DNA of 44,214 nucleotides from a virus. Within the stretch, counting starts at the first letter, position 1. Each line of letters starts with the position of its first letter. The notes under the pieces were generated by a model that saw only the letters and a program-made list of their open reading frames with translations, did not search any database and had not been told where the DNA came from. The translations under genes were made by a program, and so were the position numbers. Location: the IMG/VR virus record IMGVR_UViG_3300027807_000002, positions 1-44,214 of that record; one strand, given 5' to 3'. This document shows, piece by piece, positions 32,388 through 40,874 of the stretch.

Positions 32388-33172
32388 TGATTCATTGGAA
32401 ACCCATGGCGTCAACAAGCCTCCTGCGCACCTTGGACTGGGAGGCGCTGGACCTGATCGCCAACCACCCGGCCGTTAAGCCCTTTTTAGGATTCCCGCCC
32501 GAGCTCACCGAACGGGTGACCTACAGGCGCAGCGTGTCCAATCCGGAAAACTACGCCTTTGTCACGCGTTCGGGGCTGGCTGCCGTTCTTTTTCTTCGCG
32601 CAGCGCCAGGGCTTTATCACGTCCACACCATGGCCACACCAGACGGCCGAGGCCGCGAGATCGCCCGCCTGGCGGCCGAGGCGGTGCGGTTTATGTTCAT
32701 GGCCACGGACTGCCACGAGATCGCGACCATGATTCCGGACGGCAACCGATCGGCTTTGGGCCTCGCCAACCTCAACGGGTTTAAGCATGCTTTCCGGCGC
32801 GAAAACGCCTTTTGGTTTTTTGGCCAGAAAGCGGGAGCGTCTTACCGTTACCTGCGCCTTGAGGATTACATCCACCGATCCCGCGCCTTGGAGACCCTGG
32901 GCGAGACGTTTCACGCGCGCCTGCATCTGGCGGACGTGGAGGTGGACCACCCAAAGGACGAGATCCATGACCGGTGGGTAGGGGCCGCCCTGGCCATGTG
33001 CCTGGAGGGCGCCCTGGCCAAGGGCGTGGGGAATTATAATCGCTGGGCCGCCATCGCCGGCTATCAGGCCGTGCGCCTGGTGAGCGTCACGCCGCCGCTA
33101 ATCGACATGGGGACCGCGCACGTTCACATTGCCGGCGGCGGACTTGAAATCCTAAAAGCGGGGAGGGACTGA
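32387..33172 (+). CDS. GNAT-like (acetyltransferase-fold) domain protein in the virion module
   Basis: YHVHTMATPDGRGREIARLAAEAVRFMFMATDCHEIATMIPDGNRSALGLANLNGFKHAF resembles the GNAT beta4-alpha3-beta5 region. The TGATG start at 32387 is preferred over the ATG at 32372. Confidence 0.4.
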   Translation: MIHWKPMASTSLLRTLDWEALDLIANHPAVKPFLGFPPELTERVTYRRSVSNPENYAFVTRSGLAAVLFLRAAPGLYHVHTMATPDGRGREIARLAAEAVRFMFMATDCHEIATMIPDGNRSALGLANLNGFKHAFRRENAFWFFGQKAGASYRYLRLEDYIHRSRALETLGETFHARLHLADVEVDHPKDEIHDRWVGAALAMCLEGALAKGVGNYNRWAAIAGYQAVRLVSVTPPLIDMGTAHVHIAGGGLEILKAGRD

Positions 33173-33174
33173 CC

Positions 33175-33975
33175 ATGCCGGGCACGTTTGGCGCGTTGGT
33201 GGCAGGCGGGACCAGTATCGCAAACGGGGTTCTTGGGGCGCAGGGGCAAGCCGGCGCTGTGTCGGCCGCTCAATCGGCCACCAATGCGAACAACACCCTG
33301 GCGAACCAGGTTTATTCTACCAACACAAACAACCTGCAGCCCTTTGACACGGCCGGCCAGGCGTCCACAAACGAGCTGGAAGGCCTTTTGGGGATCGGGG
33401 GAAACCAGGCCCAGGCTAATCAGGCTTTCCAAACCTATCTCAATTCCACCCCGTACCAGTTTAATTTCACACAGGGCACGGATGCGGTTAACACCGCCAA
33501 CGCCGCGAGTTTTAATTCTGGGGCGAATGAGAAGGCCTTGGATCAATATGGCCAGGGCGTGGCGGGTGAGGCGCTGCAGGGCTATGAAAGCGCCCTTTCG
33601 GGCGTTTCAAGCCAGGGCATCACGGCCGGCTCGCAGCTCGCCAACACCGGCACGCAGTATGTGTCTCAGGAGAGCTCGAACAATAACAACCTGGCCGGCG
33701 TGGAAGGGGCGGCGAGCATCAATACGGCCAACGCGGAGGAGAACGCCCTCAACGGCGTGGCCGGCTCCGCAACCTCGGCCTACTACGCCAATCCGTCCGC
33801 CTTTTCCGGCATAGGCGGCGGAAGCGCGCCGTCATCGGTCTATAGCGGGGCGGCGGGCATAGGCTCGACCCCTGCCCCCATCACGTCCAACAGCGCCTTT
33901 TCGGGCATCCCCGTGCCGTCATCCGACGCATCGGGTCTCGGCTCGGCCGCGTCCTCCGCCTTAGGAGCGTTCTAA
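33175..33975 (+). CDS. internal virion / ejection protein (T7 gp14-like position)
   Basis: 266 aa, with N/Q/G/A/S-rich low complexity typical of ejection proteins. Confidence 0.45.
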   Translation: MPGTFGALVAGGTSIANGVLGAQGQAGAVSAAQSATNANNTLANQVYSTNTNNLQPFDTAGQASTNELEGLLGIGGNQAQANQAFQTYLNSTPYQFNFTQGTDAVNTANAASFNSGANEKALDQYGQGVAGEALQGYESALSGVSSQGITAGSQLANTGTQYVSQESSNNNNLAGVEGAASINTANAEENALNGVAGSATSAYYANPSAFSGIGGGSAPSSVYSGAAGIGSTPAPITSNSAFSGIPVPSSDASGLGSAASSALGAF

Positions 33976-36174
33976 ATGGGCGACTCGATCCAGTTTCAAT
34001 CCGCAACGCCCATCCTTCCCAACGCGCTGCAGAGCGTGCAGGGCGGTCTGCAGCTTGGCCAAGAGCTCGGCCAGGCCAACGCGCTGCAAGGGCTGGATTT
34101 CAACGATCCGTCCAGCGTTGACGCCACCATTCGGGGGCTTGCGGCCCACGGCGCCATTGACCAGGCCAATAGCCTTTCCAGCCTGGCGTTCATCAAACCG
34201 TTTCGCGAGGATGGAAACAACGCCCTTTCCCAGATTCGCAGCGCGGCCGAAGGGTCCAGCACGACGCCCACGCCCTCCACCGCATCCACTATGGGTCCGC
34301 TCGCGGGCGACGCCACCCCGCCATCAGCCGCATCGGCCCTGGCCGGCGTAGCGCCAGCTGGCGGACCTGTCACCACCCAGCCCTTGCCCCCGGCCGCGGC
34401 TCCTGCATCGCCGGCCGCCGCCCCACAAGGCGGAAACCCAACGCCCGCCGATCCCGAGGCCGGCATGACCCCTGAAATGCAGCTACAGGGGGCGCAGCAC
34501 GCGAGCCAAGCGGTGCAATACCTGCGTAATTTGCCGGTGGATCAACGCTCGGCCGTGTGGAACGGCAAGGACGGCGAGCCGGGGGTCAAGGATTTCTTCG
34601 CGGAGAAGTACGGCGTACCCCCCGACCGTCTGGCCGCCATTGATAAGCAGCTCACCAGCGACAACGGCCTTGAGGTGTTGCAGGGCTTATTTGACACCCG
34701 CGCCCACGAGCTCGCGATCCAGACCGCCCACCCGGCGGCCGTGGCGGCGGGCCTAGCCCAACCCCCGGCTGGCGCTCCTCCGCCGGCCGTCGCTGGAGCG
34801 CCAGCCGCTCCGCCGGGGCAAGGCCAAACGGCGGGGCCGGCAGCGCCGGGGGCCGGTCCCGCCGCACCCTCCCCGCCGGCCGCCGCTCCGCCCGCGGGAG
34901 CCCCTGCAGCGCCGGCCGGCGGAGCGCCCCAGCAATCGCCCGCCACGGGCGCCGCGCCGGCATCAGGTGACACGGTAACCCCGCCGCCCACCAACGGCCC
35001 AGGCGGTCAGGGCATTTGGGGCAAGCGTCTCTTGGACAATCCGGAGGCCTTGATCGCGATTTCCAAGCTCAAGGCGGCAGGCCTTGATTTGACGCCGCTT
35101 ACGGCCGCGGCTGAATCGCAAGCTGCGCCCGAGTACGCGCAGGAGGCGGCTGTGCGCAACGCCGGCCCGCTAGAGGCCGCTCGCCTCGGCACGGCGTCGC
35201 AGTACAACCAAGTCACTTTGAAAGGGCCGAACAATACCGAGATTCCCATGACGCAAGAGCAGGCGATAATGATCGAAAAGCTGCCGCCAAACGTGCGCGG
35301 GCAAGTCATGCAGTATTTGGAGGACAACCACCTGGGCGGTTTGACGCCAGCCGCGGCGGCCTACCAGCAAGCGGGGGGCACGGCCCTGGCGCAATCACCT
35401 TACACGCGGGTCGAAGTGCCGACGCCTTCGGGCGCGCCGCGCGTTTTGAGCGGCGCTCAGTTTGCCGACCTTACCGGTCAGGGCGGGTCGTTTCAGGGCA
35501 TCACGCCAGCCGCGCAGGCCTCGCAAACCGGGCAGGCGGACGTGGCCACCAAGCTGCTCACCCCGAACCCGGACGTGGAAACCAACGCCGGCAAAAACGT
35601 GGCGGACATTCAGCGCGCCATGCAGGCGGTGGCGGCCGTGGGCAAGCTTGACAATAGCGCGGAAGCTAAGCTGCAGCTTTCCAAAGCCTTGCGCACGGCG
35701 GGCCTCGGCGGACCGGACGTGGACCAGCTCACCTCAAACCTTTCCACCGCCAACCAGCTTTTCAACGGCCTGGTCGCGACGGCGGACAAAGACACCTTTG
35801 GGGGCCGCATCACCAACGCGGACCTGGGCGTGGGCCAAAAAAGCGGCATAGCCCTTTGGACGCCTAACGACCAGGTAAGCACCTACTTGGCCACCAAGGG
35901 CGCCATAGAGCAGCGCAAGCTCGCTTTCGAACGGTTCAAGCAAAACTACCAGGGCGACAAAACCAACCCGCAGGCCATTTATGACGCCTGGAACAAGCAG
36001 GGCGGATCCACCTCGATTTTTGCGGAGCCGATTTGGCAATCCGTGCAGATCGGGGGCAAGCCGGCTGTGATCCAGCGCCAGGTCAAAGGCCAGACATGGC
36101 TGCAGGTAGGCGCGGGCACCGGTCACCCGTTTTACGTGCCCCTCAACGGCAACGAAGGCGAGGCCGTGCAATAA
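33976..36174 (+). CDS. internal virion / ejection protein (T7 gp15-like position)
   Basis: 732 aa. Two long Pro/Ala-rich tracts. Confidence 0.45.
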   Translation: MGDSIQFQSATPILPNALQSVQGGLQLGQELGQANALQGLDFNDPSSVDATIRGLAAHGAIDQANSLSSLAFIKPFREDGNNALSQIRSAAEGSSTTPTPSTASTMGPLAGDATPPSAASALAGVAPAGGPVTTQPLPPAAAPASPAAAPQGGNPTPADPEAGMTPEMQLQGAQHASQAVQYLRNLPVDQRSAVWNGKDGEPGVKDFFAEKYGVPPDRLAAIDKQLTSDNGLEVLQGLFDTRAHELAIQTAHPAAVAAGLAQPPAGAPPPAVAGAPAAPPGQGQTAGPAAPGAGPAAPSPPAAAPPAGAPAAPAGGAPQQSPATGAAPASGDTVTPPPTNGPGGQGIWGKRLLDNPEALIAISKLKAAGLDLTPLTAAAESQAAPEYAQEAAVRNAGPLEAARLGTASQYNQVTLKGPNNTEIPMTQEQAIMIEKLPPNVRGQVMQYLEDNHLGGLTPAAAAYQQAGGTALAQSPYTRVEVPTPSGAPRVLSGAQFADLTGQGGSFQGITPAAQASQTGQADVATKLLTPNPDVETNAGKNVADIQRAMQAVAAVGKLDNSAEAKLQLSKALRTAGLGGPDVDQLTSNLSTANQLFNGLVATADKDTFGGRITNADLGVGQKSGIALWTPNDQVSTYLATKGAIEQRKLAFERFKQNYQGDKTNPQAIYDAWNKQGGSTSIFAEPIWQSVQIGGKPAVIQRQVKGQTWLQVGAGTGHPFYVPLNGNEGEAVQ
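34255..34464 (+). repeat. Pro/Ala/Thr-rich low-complexity tract 1
   Basis: SSTTPTPSTAS...PLPPAAAPASPAAAPQGGNPTPADPEAG. Confidence 0.8.
34726..35007 (+). repeat. Pro/Ala/Gly-rich low-complexity tract 2
   Basis: AQPPAGAPPPAVAGAPAAPPGQGQTAGPAAPGAGPAAPSPPAAAPPAGAPAAPAGGAP... Confidence 0.8.
34961..34974 (-). repeat. dispersed motif copy CGTGTCACCTGATG (reverse complement)
   Basis: The plus strand reads CATCAGGTGACACG. Confidence 0.85.
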
Positions 36175-39100
36175 ATGGCCATGGACCCGAACGTCTCCGA
36201 TCTGATCGACCAAGCCGCGGACCAGTTTGGCGTTCCGCGGAGCCTCGCGCACGCGGTGGCGGCGCAGGAAAGCGGAGGCAACCAGGCGGCCGTCTCGGCC
36301 AAGGGTGCACGGGGCGTCTTTCAGCTGGAGCCTGGCGCGGCCCAGGACATGGGCGTGGACCCCACCACCCTGCAGGGCAACGTGGTGGGCGGGGTGAAAT
36401 ACCTGCGCACCATGCTGGACCGGTACAATGGCAACGTGCCCATGGCCCTGGCGGCGTACAATGCCGGGCCGGGCACGGTGGACCGGGCGGGCGGGATTCC
36501 GAATAATCCCGAGACGCAGGCCTATGTGCCTAAGGTCATGGCGAGGGCTGGAATGGGCGGACAAAATCTCCCTGGCGTGAACGCCCCCGCTGCCGTGCTG
36601 GATCCCGAGCTCATGCGCCTGGCGGGTCTTACGCCGCCCCAAGGGAGCGCGCCGGCCTACGCCCCGCCCGCGACCTCACCCGCTGCGCCGCCGAGCCCTG
36701 CGCCCAGCAAGGCCGAGCTGGACGCGGCATTCGCCCACGGGGGCGCCGCCGCACCGCCAGGCGGCGTTCCCAGCAAAGCGGATCTGGACAAAGCTTTCGG
36801 CGCGGGTGGATCGCCAAGCGGCCAGACGGGCGGGGCCAAGCCCATGACGCCGCAAATGCAGCGGGCCATGGCGGACGCCCAAAAGGTGCAGGCGAACGAC
36901 CAGGGCGACGCCGGCATGGCGCGCCTGGCGGACCAGCTTACCCTGGGCTTCGGCCCCATCATCGCGGGCGGTCTGCAGGCCGGCTACAACGCGGTGACGG
37001 GCGGGGAGAAACGCTACGGCTACGGCCCGGCGGAGGCCTACCAGGCCACAGTCCAGGCCCAGCAAGCGGCCGACGACGCTTACGCGCAAAAACACCCCTT
37101 GACGGCGCTGGGTCAGAACGTGGCGGGGTTTCTGGCCCCCGGCGCGGCGGCGGAAAAGGGCGCGCTCGCGGGCGTAAAAGCCCTAGGCGGCGGGGTGGCG
37201 TCCCGCGTGGCCACGCGCATCGGCGTGCCCTCGGCCCTGGCCGGCGTGCAGGACGCGGTGGAACAAACCAATCGCGGCCAATCTTTGCCTGACGCGGCAG
37301 CCTCGGGCGCGCTAACGGCGGCGGAAACCGTGCCCTTCGGCGCCATGGGCGAGGTGTTGCCCAAGATCCTGCCCAAGGCCGCGCCTGTCGTGCGCGCGGG
37401 AGCCCTTCCCCTTGCCGGGTCGGCCATTGGCGGCGCGCTTGGCGCAGGCCAGGCGGCGCTCACGGGCCAGCCGCTCCTGCCGGGCGCAGAGGGTGGAGCA
37501 GAGACGGGGGCCATGTTTGGCGCGCTCGGCATGATCCACGGGGCCGGCAAGCGCGCGGGCGTTCCCGCAGCGTCAGACCGGGCCGTCGCCCTCGACACCC
37601 TGGCGGACCATTTGGAGAAAAACCCCACGGATCTGGCTGATGGCGGTGAAGCGCCCACGGCCTCGCACCTGGGTGAGAACGCCTCGCCCCTGGTTTATCA
37701 GGCTGCGAGCGAAGGGGGCCAAGGCGGCGCGCCCGTCGCCCAGGCCGTAAGCGAGCACATGGAGGCCCAGCCGGCACGCGTCCACCAGGCGTTCCGCGAC
37801 GTGATAGGCGAGGAGCCCACCACTGTCAACGCCCGCGCGGACCAGGTGCAGGAGACTTTAGATAACGACCCGCAAAGCTTCAAGAACCAACAGGAAGCCC
37901 TGGCGGAGGTCCAGGATCCCCAGGCGATCAAGGAACAAATCCGCCAGGGCCTGACGCACGCCACGGGCATCGACCCCGCCACGGCCCAGGGCGACACGGT
38001 ATCCATGATTGAAAATGCCCGGCGCGCGGAGGGCCAGGGCTATGACCAGGTTCCGGGTTTTGCGGAGGGCGTGGATCACCCCGAGGTGAATCGCCTGATA
38101 GCCGAGCAGCCCGAGATCGCGCGGGCCGTCAAGCGCGCGCAAATGGAAATGGATCTTGAGAATCGCGCCCGCCCGGACGTAAACCCGCCTGGATCCGCGC
38201 CCAACCCGGCTGCGCAGGCTGCGCCGGCCACAGTTGCGCCCAGGCCCGGATCCGACATGACCGTGGCGGAGTTTCAGCGCCTGGTCAAAGCTTCCGGCGC
38301 TGAAAACGGCTCAACTATCGATCTCAGCAAAATCCCCGTGGACGCGCAGGCGCCGCCGCCGGAAAACGCACCCCCCGCGACCTTGCCGACCCTGGCTGCT
38401 TTAAAGCGCGCCGCGTCCGATCTCGGCCGAGATTACCCCCGCGGCAACCCGGTGGAGCGTCGCAGCGCCGCGATTCGCAACGGCGCGTTGACGGCGGCCC
38501 TGCACGATTACTCCCCCGCCCTTGCGGCCTTGGACAAGAAATACGGGGACACGTTCAAAGCGCAGGAGGCCTACGAGCGCGGCAAGGAGGCCATGGCCGG
38601 CGGCAAGGGCGTGGAGAGCGCAGCCGAGGCTAAGGCGCGCATTGCCGAGCAGACGCCGGCCGAAAACCACCACGAGCTCCGGGGCGTGGTTGCGGACCTG
38701 AACAATCGCCTGGAGGGCTCTAGCGGCCTTCGCCCTAAGGACGTTTTGAACAATGACCGGCTCATGGCGCGCCTTCGCGCCTTGTCGCCCGCCGCGGCCG
38801 AAAAGCTGGAGGCGAACCTCAAACGCGTGCAGGACACCCTGGACAAAAAGGTCCCGAAGAACACGCCGGACCAGGTTTTCCGCGAGAACCGCCAGGCCGG
38901 CGCGAAGCTATGGTCCAGCCCGCCCGATCCCAAGGCTTTTGCCCGATCCTTCGCCCAGCTCGGCAAGAACGAAAAGGCCGCCATGCGCGTCGGCGCATTG
39001 GGCGACATTGGCGAACGTCTGCAGGGCAAACCCGAGGTGGTGGCCACTATATTGCGGGATCTTACAGACCCCGTGAAAGGCCGGAATTTCCGCACCCTCG

Positions 39101-39600
39101 TGGGCGATGAAGCGGCGGACAAGCTCATCGCCATGGCCCGACGCGAGGTGAAAACCGCAGGCGACGCCAAGGCTCTGACAAAGGCCAGCGCGGGCGCGCC
39201 GGTAAAGCCGCAGGAGCACAATATCGCCTTAGGCGCGGTGGTGCATAACGAGCGCGGGCCGGCGGACCTTAGCGGCATCGCCTCGGGCGCGCTGACGGGC
39301 CTCAAGGTCAATACGGCGGAGAACGCCTACAATATCCTGAAAAACGGCAAGATGAGCCCTGGCGCGCGCACGGCGCTTGGCCAGATCCTGGCGCAGCCAT
39401 CGGCCAAAACGGCGGAGGAGCTGCAGGCCCGCGCCGGAACGCGAGCCCGCATCAAGGCGAGAGATTCGGCCCTGGGCGCGCTTTACCAGGCGGCTAGGCC
39501 TGGAGTCGCCGCGGGCCTCGGGGCTAGTACGGCCGGCGCGGTTCGGTCGGTTTTGCGGCCGGCGCGTAATACACAGGACGGGGCTCTTTCGGGCGTGTGA
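36175..39600 (+). CDS. internal virion protein with an N-terminal lytic transglycosylase (SLT) domain (T7 gp16-like)
   Basis: AVAAQESGGNQAAVSAKGARGVFQLEPGAA....GGVKYLR.......ALAAYNAGPGTV is the SLT signature (E-S...G.mQl...AYNAG). 1141 aa. Confidence 0.85.
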   Translation: MAMDPNVSDLIDQAADQFGVPRSLAHAVAAQESGGNQAAVSAKGARGVFQLEPGAAQDMGVDPTTLQGNVVGGVKYLRTMLDRYNGNVPMALAAYNAGPGTVDRAGGIPNNPETQAYVPKVMARAGMGGQNLPGVNAPAAVLDPELMRLAGLTPPQGSAPAYAPPATSPAAPPSPAPSKAELDAAFAHGGAAAPPGGVPSKADLDKAFGAGGSPSGQTGGAKPMTPQMQRAMADAQKVQANDQGDAGMARLADQLTLGFGPIIAGGLQAGYNAVTGGEKRYGYGPAEAYQATVQAQQAADDAYAQKHPLTALGQNVAGFLAPGAAAEKGALAGVKALGGGVASRVATRIGVPSALAGVQDAVEQTNRGQSLPDAAASGALTAAETVPFGAMGEVLPKILPKAAPVVRAGALPLAGSAIGGALGAGQAALTGQPLLPGAEGGAETGAMFGALGMIHGAGKRAGVPAASDRAVALDTLADHLEKNPTDLADGGEAPTASHLGENASPLVYQAASEGGQGGAPVAQAVSEHMEAQPARVHQAFRDVIGEEPTTVNARADQVQETLDNDPQSFKNQQEALAEVQDPQAIKEQIRQGLTHATGIDPATAQGDTVSMIENARRAEGQGYDQVPGFAEGVDHPEVNRLIAEQPEIARAVKRAQMEMDLENRARPDVNPPGSAPNPAAQAAPATVAPRPGSDMTVAEFQRLVKASGAENGSTIDLSKIPVDAQAPPPENAPPATLPTLAALKRAASDLGRDYPRGNPVERRSAAIRNGALTAALHDYSPALAALDKKYGDTFKAQEAYERGKEAMAGGKGVESAAEAKARIAEQTPAENHHELRGVVADLNNRLEGSSGLRPKDVLNNDRLMARLRALSPAAAEKLEANLKRVQDTLDKKVPKNTPDQVFRENRQAGAKLWSSPPDPKAFARSFAQLGKNEKAAMRVGALGDIGERLQGKPEVVATILRDLTDPVKGRNFRTLVGDEAADKLIAMARREVKTAGDAKALTKASAGAPVKPQEHNIALGAVVHNERGPADLSGIASGALTGLKVNTAENAYNILKNGKMSPGARTALGQILAQPSAKTAEELQARAGTRARIKARDSALGALYQAARPGVAAGLGASTAGAVRSVLRPARNTQDGALSGV

Positions 39601-39928
39601 AGGCGCGCACCCCGAATAGCAAAGCAAGCGGCAGCACCAGGGGCCAGAAAAGCACGCCCACGGCCAGGACGCAGAGACCCGCCAGGAAAGCCGCGGGGAA
39701 CATGACGAAAGCCCCCCACTCGCCCTCTTTCTCGCCGTGGACCATCAGCATCAGCATGGTGATCAGCGCCAAGGGGATGCCTACCGCAAAACCCGTGTGC
39801 ATGTAGGCGGTGAAGGCCGGCCAGCTATCGGGCGGATTCGTCACAAGCTGGGGAAACTCAACGCCTGCCTGGGCGTCTAGGCAGGCCACTTGCTGGTTAG
39901 ACGTGAGGGACTGATCAGCGCATTGCAT
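39524..39928 (-). CDS. 134-aa multi-pass membrane protein (antisense cassette)
   Basis: TM segments GFAVGIPLALITMLMLMV, AFVMFPAAFLAGLCVLAVGVLFWPLVLPLALLFGV. Third-position GC is good. The 3' end overlaps the SLT-protein gene by 77 nt. Confidence 0.55.
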   Translation of the reverse strand: MQCADQSLTSNQQVACLDAQAGVEFPQLVTNPPDSWPAFTAYMHTGFAVGIPLALITMLMLMVHGEKEGEWGAFVMFPAAFLAGLCVLAVGVLFWPLVLPLALLFGVRAFTRPKEPRPVYYAPAAKPTEPRRPY

Positions 39929-39930
39929 GA

Positions 39931-40074
39931 CTAAACACCTATCCGAAATTTGGCGAATTGATAGCCGATCAAAAAGCAAAAAAGGCACAATAGGGCCGGA
40001 TTAAACTTTGTGATCAAACAGATTACTGCAATCGGTATGGCGAATATCAAGAAATAAAGGCGTTGCTGGGCCAT
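39931..40074 (-). CDS. 47-aa hydrophobic peptide (AT-rich, below the ORF-track cutoff)
   Basis: Hand translation: MAQQRLYFLIFAIPIAVICLITKFNPALLCLFCFLIGYQFAKFRIGV. GGAGGG SD lies 7 nt upstream. The region is markedly AT-rich and could instead be regulatory DNA. Confidence 0.35.
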   Translation of the reverse strand: MAQQRLYFLIFAIPIAVICLITKFNPALLCLFCFLIGYQFAKFRIGV

Positions 40075-40077
40075 GGC

Positions 40078-40335
40078 CTAACCCTCCCATCCCAAACGCT
40101 TCAAAAGAGCCGCGTGCTTTTCCGCGTTTTTCTCCTCGGCCGCCCAGGCTTGGCCTTCGGGCGTGCCGAGAAATTCGCCATGTTTGTGCGTGGCGACGGC
40201 CTCCATGTAGTCGGCCAGCGCGGGATGCGACCCCTCGCGGCGAAGCTTAGAAACGGCCTGGTCTATGTGCGCCGCGTGCATGTCCTCGATCAGGACCTGA
40301 CCCTTTGAGGCGCTATTGTAATGCGTGAAAGTCAT
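40078..40335 (-). CDS. 85-aa protein, unknown function (antisense cassette)
   Basis: MTFTHYNSASKGQVLIEDMHAAHIDQAVSKLRREGSHPALADYMEAV... Confidence 0.5.
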   Translation of the reverse strand: MTFTHYNSASKGQVLIEDMHAAHIDQAVSKLRREGSHPALADYMEAVATHKHGEFLGTPEGQAWAAEEKNAEKHAALLKRLGWEG

Positions 40336-40353
40336 CGTTTCGTCCTCCAGAAA

Positions 40354-40677
40354 TCAGCAGCCGAGATCGGCCGCTATCCAACCCATCTCAAATTTCGCCT
40401 TGCTCACCAGCTCGGGCCGGCGGCCGGCGGCTTTGTCCTCGCGGTTCCACTCGCGCACCAGATTGTAGGCCTCGCGGCGCGCCCAGGTGGCCATGTCCTC
40501 GTCGGCCTTGGACCGCAGAACGGCGGCCTGCATCAAGGGCAGGAGGACCTTGCCCCGCTTGGCGGAGCGATTGTGAAAAGCCTGCTGGTGAGCTGGGCAA
40601 CAAAACGTCGCGGCGTGATGCTTGGCGCTAAAATCCGCCCCACACTCGGGGCAGGTGCGATTTCCAAACGTGGCCAT
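40354..40677 (-). CDS. zinc-ribbon protein, possible regulator (antisense cassette)
   Basis: AGGAGGA SD lies 7 nt before the ATG at 40677. RTCPECGADFSAKHHAATFCCPAHQQAFHNR is a CxxC...CC..H motif. Confidence 0.55.
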   Translation of the reverse strand: MATFGNRTCPECGADFSAKHHAATFCCPAHQQAFHNRSAKRGKVLLPLMQAAVLRSKADEDMATWARREAYNLVREWNREDKAAGRRPELVSKAKFEMGWIAADLGC

Positions 40678-40874
40678 GGGTGCGTCCTCCTGGCCATCTT
40701 TATGTCACACGATGACAAGCGACACAAGTGTCTTATTCGACGGTCTGGCCTTTTTTCCGAATCAGCTTCTAGGTACATTCGCAACGCTCCAGCGCGGCGG
40801 CGTCATGCGTCGCGGCGTCCTCCTTCCTCTCGGCTCATGGCCGCGCTGGAGCACCAACCCAGGCGGGGGACTGA
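40678..40874. promoter_or_regulatory. divergent intergenic regulatory region
   Basis: 197 bp of lower GC between the leftward 40677 and rightward 40875 starts. It holds the inverted repeat GACAC-AA-GTGTC (40721-40732), a degenerate copy of the dispersed motif (40698-40715), and a candidate leftward TTGTGT-17-CATAAA promoter. Confidence 0.4.
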
